The position numbers and the translations under genes were made by a program. Below the pieces are notes generated by a model. It saw only the letters and a list, made by a program, of their open reading frames with translations. It was not told the origin of the DNA and ran no database searches. From assembly GCF_964204645.1 (NCBI RefSeq), contig NC_134031.1, positions 19,103,910 to 19,167,909 on the forward strand: a stretch of DNA of 64,000 nt. The letters are read 5' to 3'. Each line of letters begins with the position of its first letter. Positions within the stretch are counted from its first letter, which is position 1. Source of the stretch: Tubulanus polymorphus. Lineage: Eukaryota > Animalia > Nemertea. Of the stretch, positions 61,301 through 64,000 are shown piece after piece.

Positions 61301-61938
61301 TCCCCCCCTCAGGGTGGCCACTTTTATTTGACTATTCCCAGACATGTACATTGTTTTCCCTGATTTGATCTGTTAAGAATCTAATCAATTAACACAGTCA
61401 AATACAAAAGACATAGACGTAAACTGTTTGATTTTACACCCGATCTAGCGATCTCAACAAATTTCCCTGAACTTTTCCTGATTTTTGGCTTTCCCTGTCT
61501 TTTTATAGAAAAGAAATTCCCTGGTTTTTCCCTTATATCCAGGTAAGTGGCGCCACCCTGCAAGTTTTTGAGCTTGTTTAGGTACAGAGGCAGATGGAGG
61601 CGGATCTAGGAATATTCGAAGGGCAGGGTCTGAAATAAGGGTATTTGTCGGGGTAATGAGGCCATGGTTAACTAGATCCACAGCACTCTGTGGAGACTCG
61701 ATAGTGGTTTTAGGGGGATATCAGGAACTATTACTATCTTTCACTCACCTTTTGCAAATACCCATCAACCAAGTATCAATAGATTTGAAGTGATATTTGC
61801 ACGAATGATACGCCGTAGCCTTGAACTTATAACTATCGAAAACTTGTACTTTTCCCTTCTGCCACCGGGCGCCGATCGTTTTTATACCGTCACCCGCCCA
61901 GATCTCGACGTGAACCATGTTGTGACGCTGTTTCTTCG
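47196..61938 (-). CDS. TTLL10: TTLL10-like tubulin polyglycylase with N-terminal NlpC/P60-like module and acidic linker (5' end beyond window)
   Basis: Exons 61938-61749, 61122-60314, 51166-50938, 50840-50722, 50275-50075, 49670-49330, 48885-48745, 48282-48072, 47653-47196, all phase-compatible. TTL motifs VNHIPN..LTNKLGL, FPETY, WICKPTGLNQGKGI, VQRYINDPLLVEGKKFDIRAY, HLTNQ, YGFDFMID..VWLIEININPAL. The join 60314 to 51166 is inferred. Confidence 0.88.
48992..49305. mobile_element. piggyBac-like MITE with TTAA TSD
   Basis: TTAA|CCCTTTCAGTG...CACAGAAAGGG|TTAA. Confidence 0.8.
51752..51764. promoter_or_regulatory. RFX X-box-like motif GTCGCTAAGCAAC near a candidate internal TTLL10 promoter
   Basis: Lies in a CpG-richer patch about 90 nt upstream of a - strand donor (GCCGCGG|GTAATC at about 51660); similar GCGCTAAGCAAC at about 56915-56927. 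Confidence 0.45.
52195..52315. repeat. 18-bp minisatellite CAGGTCAGGTGTCCACAC-like
   Basis: About 6 copies. Confidence 0.9.
54105..54715. repeat. About 28-30-bp minisatellite TTC(C/T)AGTACCCAACTCTCCAACTATCAG
   Basis: About 20 highly similar copies. Confidence 0.92.
54756..55014 (-). CDS. Candidate alternative first coding exon of TTLL10 (MIELNLPDVRR...ANSGH)
   Basis: ATG at 55014, 259 nt open, strong donor T|GTAAGT in phase 1 matching the acceptor at 51166; CpG-rich like true exons here. Confidence 0.55.
55121..55300 (-). mobile_element. Single-arm, decayed Penelope-like insertion D related to element A
   Basis: TSD ATGTACCATC (55111-55120 and 55301-55310). - strand reads CTGTAAA-T-GACTAT-TAGAAT-ATAGTC-GAAACATC, and the AATTCCACAATA motif is present. 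Confidence 0.6.
58328..58362. repeat. (TA)n microsatellite
   Basis: Direct inspection. Confidence 0.95.
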
Positions 61939-63629
61939 CTGAAATAGATGAGAAAAAATTTCCTAATTTCTAATGTTTTCCCAATGAACTCAATATCTCC
62001 GAGGGTCGTTCAGAGCGAGGCAAAAACTAATAACACAAAGACACCAGGGGTCGGCTTCTCAAACCGAATTACAACCAAATAACAATTGTTGAAGTCATTG
62101 AAGGTTGTGAAGGTTACATAAATAACTAATCATAATTTTGCTTTGCGAAACTATCCCCTGGGTTTGAAAAGAGTCTGGAATGACCTTTGAATATCTTAAT
62201 ATGGAGGAGAATTGAGTGGCCCCAGGGATGTTGTTTTACCAACTAGCATATAGATAGATACAATATAATTTATCTATCCTGACTACAATTAGTGGTATGA
62301 GGAAATTGATTTTCACAAGGTAGTATATGTCTAAATACATTTTACAATTAGTAAATGTACAATTCTCGATTTGAACTAGACAGTGCTGCCGTCAGTGGCA
62401 TTTCGACTAACTAATCCATCATTCTTGGGGGCTTGAAAAACAGCTGAATGGCAGACATTCAAACCAGCACGATATCTACGCAATCTTTTTTAACCGAACT
62501 GTCAATCATAATCTGCGTCTATGAGTTATTTAAGTCCAAGTATTTCATTGTAGAATCGCGTGCATGCTATTTTCACAACAGGAAACTACAGTGTTTTATC
62601 TGAGGCAGTTTTCCTACATTATCTCGCTCTGCGTACACTGAATAGTTAACGTTCTTTAACATGAAATAAAGAAAATGCTTCATGTTTAAAAAGTTTATCC
62701 TTCAACACACTGTTTTACAGGTCCCGGACACAGTCAGATGAGGTCGAGATTTCACAGAACATTTGATAGATGAAATCAAAACCAAATCTATGGAAATCCT
62801 CACAATTGTGGAACTGGGTTCAGAGACAATAGAAATCGACACAACTGTGAAACTGGGTCTAGTTTCAAATAAGACCCACGTAACTGGTGAACTCCGAGAC
62901 AAAGCCCAGTGGAGTCAGCTTTAAATAAATCATTGATTAATTTTTTTCTCTTGTGTCGCTTTATTCGGTTCACATTGAATACAGGATATGAAGATTTTTT
63001 TCTCACTTCAATGAGAGAATGCTGGATTAGATCAGCCACTCTTATAACTATGTGTAGGTCTAATGTCAATAATCATTGTTTATTGTGTGACCTATTGTAT
63101 TGAATAAACTAGATAGGTGAACTAATACATTTTTTAACCACTACTAATACAATGCTAACACTTTGTATGTATTTGGGTTGCATATCCTCCAGTGCATCCA
63201 GCATACAGACTATACACCTTCATCCTAAAAACTCTGAAGTAAAGACCAACAGTATTCCCCTTCCCCAGTACATAAATTTGACAATTCTCAATAATGTCTG
63301 GTTCAGATTCATCAGCTTTTAGAAATAATGATTCTACAACTACTCGACCATTCATTCGCCGACATCCATCTTTTGAACGCTAAAAGGCTTTCAAATACGT
63401 GAACCGAGTAAAACTGAATTTATTACTACAATGATTTAGAGGTGAAATGAGTGCATTCTATACGAGAGAGAAAGAGTCCGTAGTTCATTTACTACACATG
63501 TTTATAAACCACACAACTAACCACACAGTTTTACCACATATCAACTACAAAGCTGGAAAATCCCCTCGAAACCTTCATTCATCATCTGTGCTTCATTTAC
63601 TATCTTCAACGATAGAGTTGTATAAGTTT

Positions 63630-63910
63630 GAGAAGCCAGTTCCACATTTAGATGAATTCCTTTCTGAACACAGTTCCACACGAATACGTGCATTGAATTT
63701 GCGGACTCAGTTCCACAGTTCTGTGGGTGGAATTTGACTCTGAACCCAGTTCCACAGTTGTGTGGGTTCAATTTGGCTCTGAAGTCAGTTTCACAGTTGT
63801 ATGGGTTAGATTTGTCTCTGGACCCAGAGTTCTCAATTATTATTGGAGTTTAATTAGTTTATGGATCCAGTTCAGTTCTTAAATTGACTTCGGACCCCTT
63901 CTCCAGTTGG
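63630..63910. repeat. Tandem array of Harbinger-MITE TIR-like units (GAACCCAGTTCCACAGTT, about 38-40 bp period)
   Basis: Repeated TIR-like units; similar array at about 45795-46045. Confidence 0.65.
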
Positions 63911-64000
63911 TTTATAATATGATTTTGACAGTGGACTCTGCGCACTTCCAGACAGTAGTCATGATGTTTCAGGTAACCATCTCTCAGGCGATTGTTGTGT

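Noticed and set aside
63155-63355. 66-aa - strand ORF as an upstream exon of the NlpC/P60-TTLL10 gene
   Set aside because: No recognisable motifs and no convincing phase-compatible splice sites.

Overview
AT-rich, intron-containing metazoan (probably invertebrate) DNA with four spliced protein genes, each reconstructed by hand with GT-AG junctions and consistent phases. (1) The 3' end of an SHP2/corkscrew-like tyrosine phosphatase (+, 41-2197). (2) A 4-exon MYND zinc-finger gene (-, 5040-7274). (3) A 20-coding-exon CAMTA gene (+, 15688-38507; CG-1, TIG, ankyrin, five IQ motifs) with a long putative 3' UTR. (4) A TTLL10-type tubulin polyglycylase (-, 47196 to >61938). Its upstream exons encode an NlpC/P60-like papain-fold module and an acidic linker that splice in frame to the ligase, and its 9-kb intron holds several candidate alternative first exons. 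Non-coding DNA is rich in Harbinger-, piggyBac- and Tc1-like MITEs (some nested), a 1.3-kb foldback element with an 8-bp TSD, and minisatellites. Two findings stand out. First, three near-perfect palindromic insertions with different primary sequences each have a TSD, a 34-37 nt one-sided tail and a minimal hammerhead ribozyme with covarying stems (Penelope-like), and there is a fourth, decayed single-arm copy. Second, the putative hydrolase-plus-glycylase fusion at the TTLL10 locus. No database searches were run; family assignments rest on recalled motifs.
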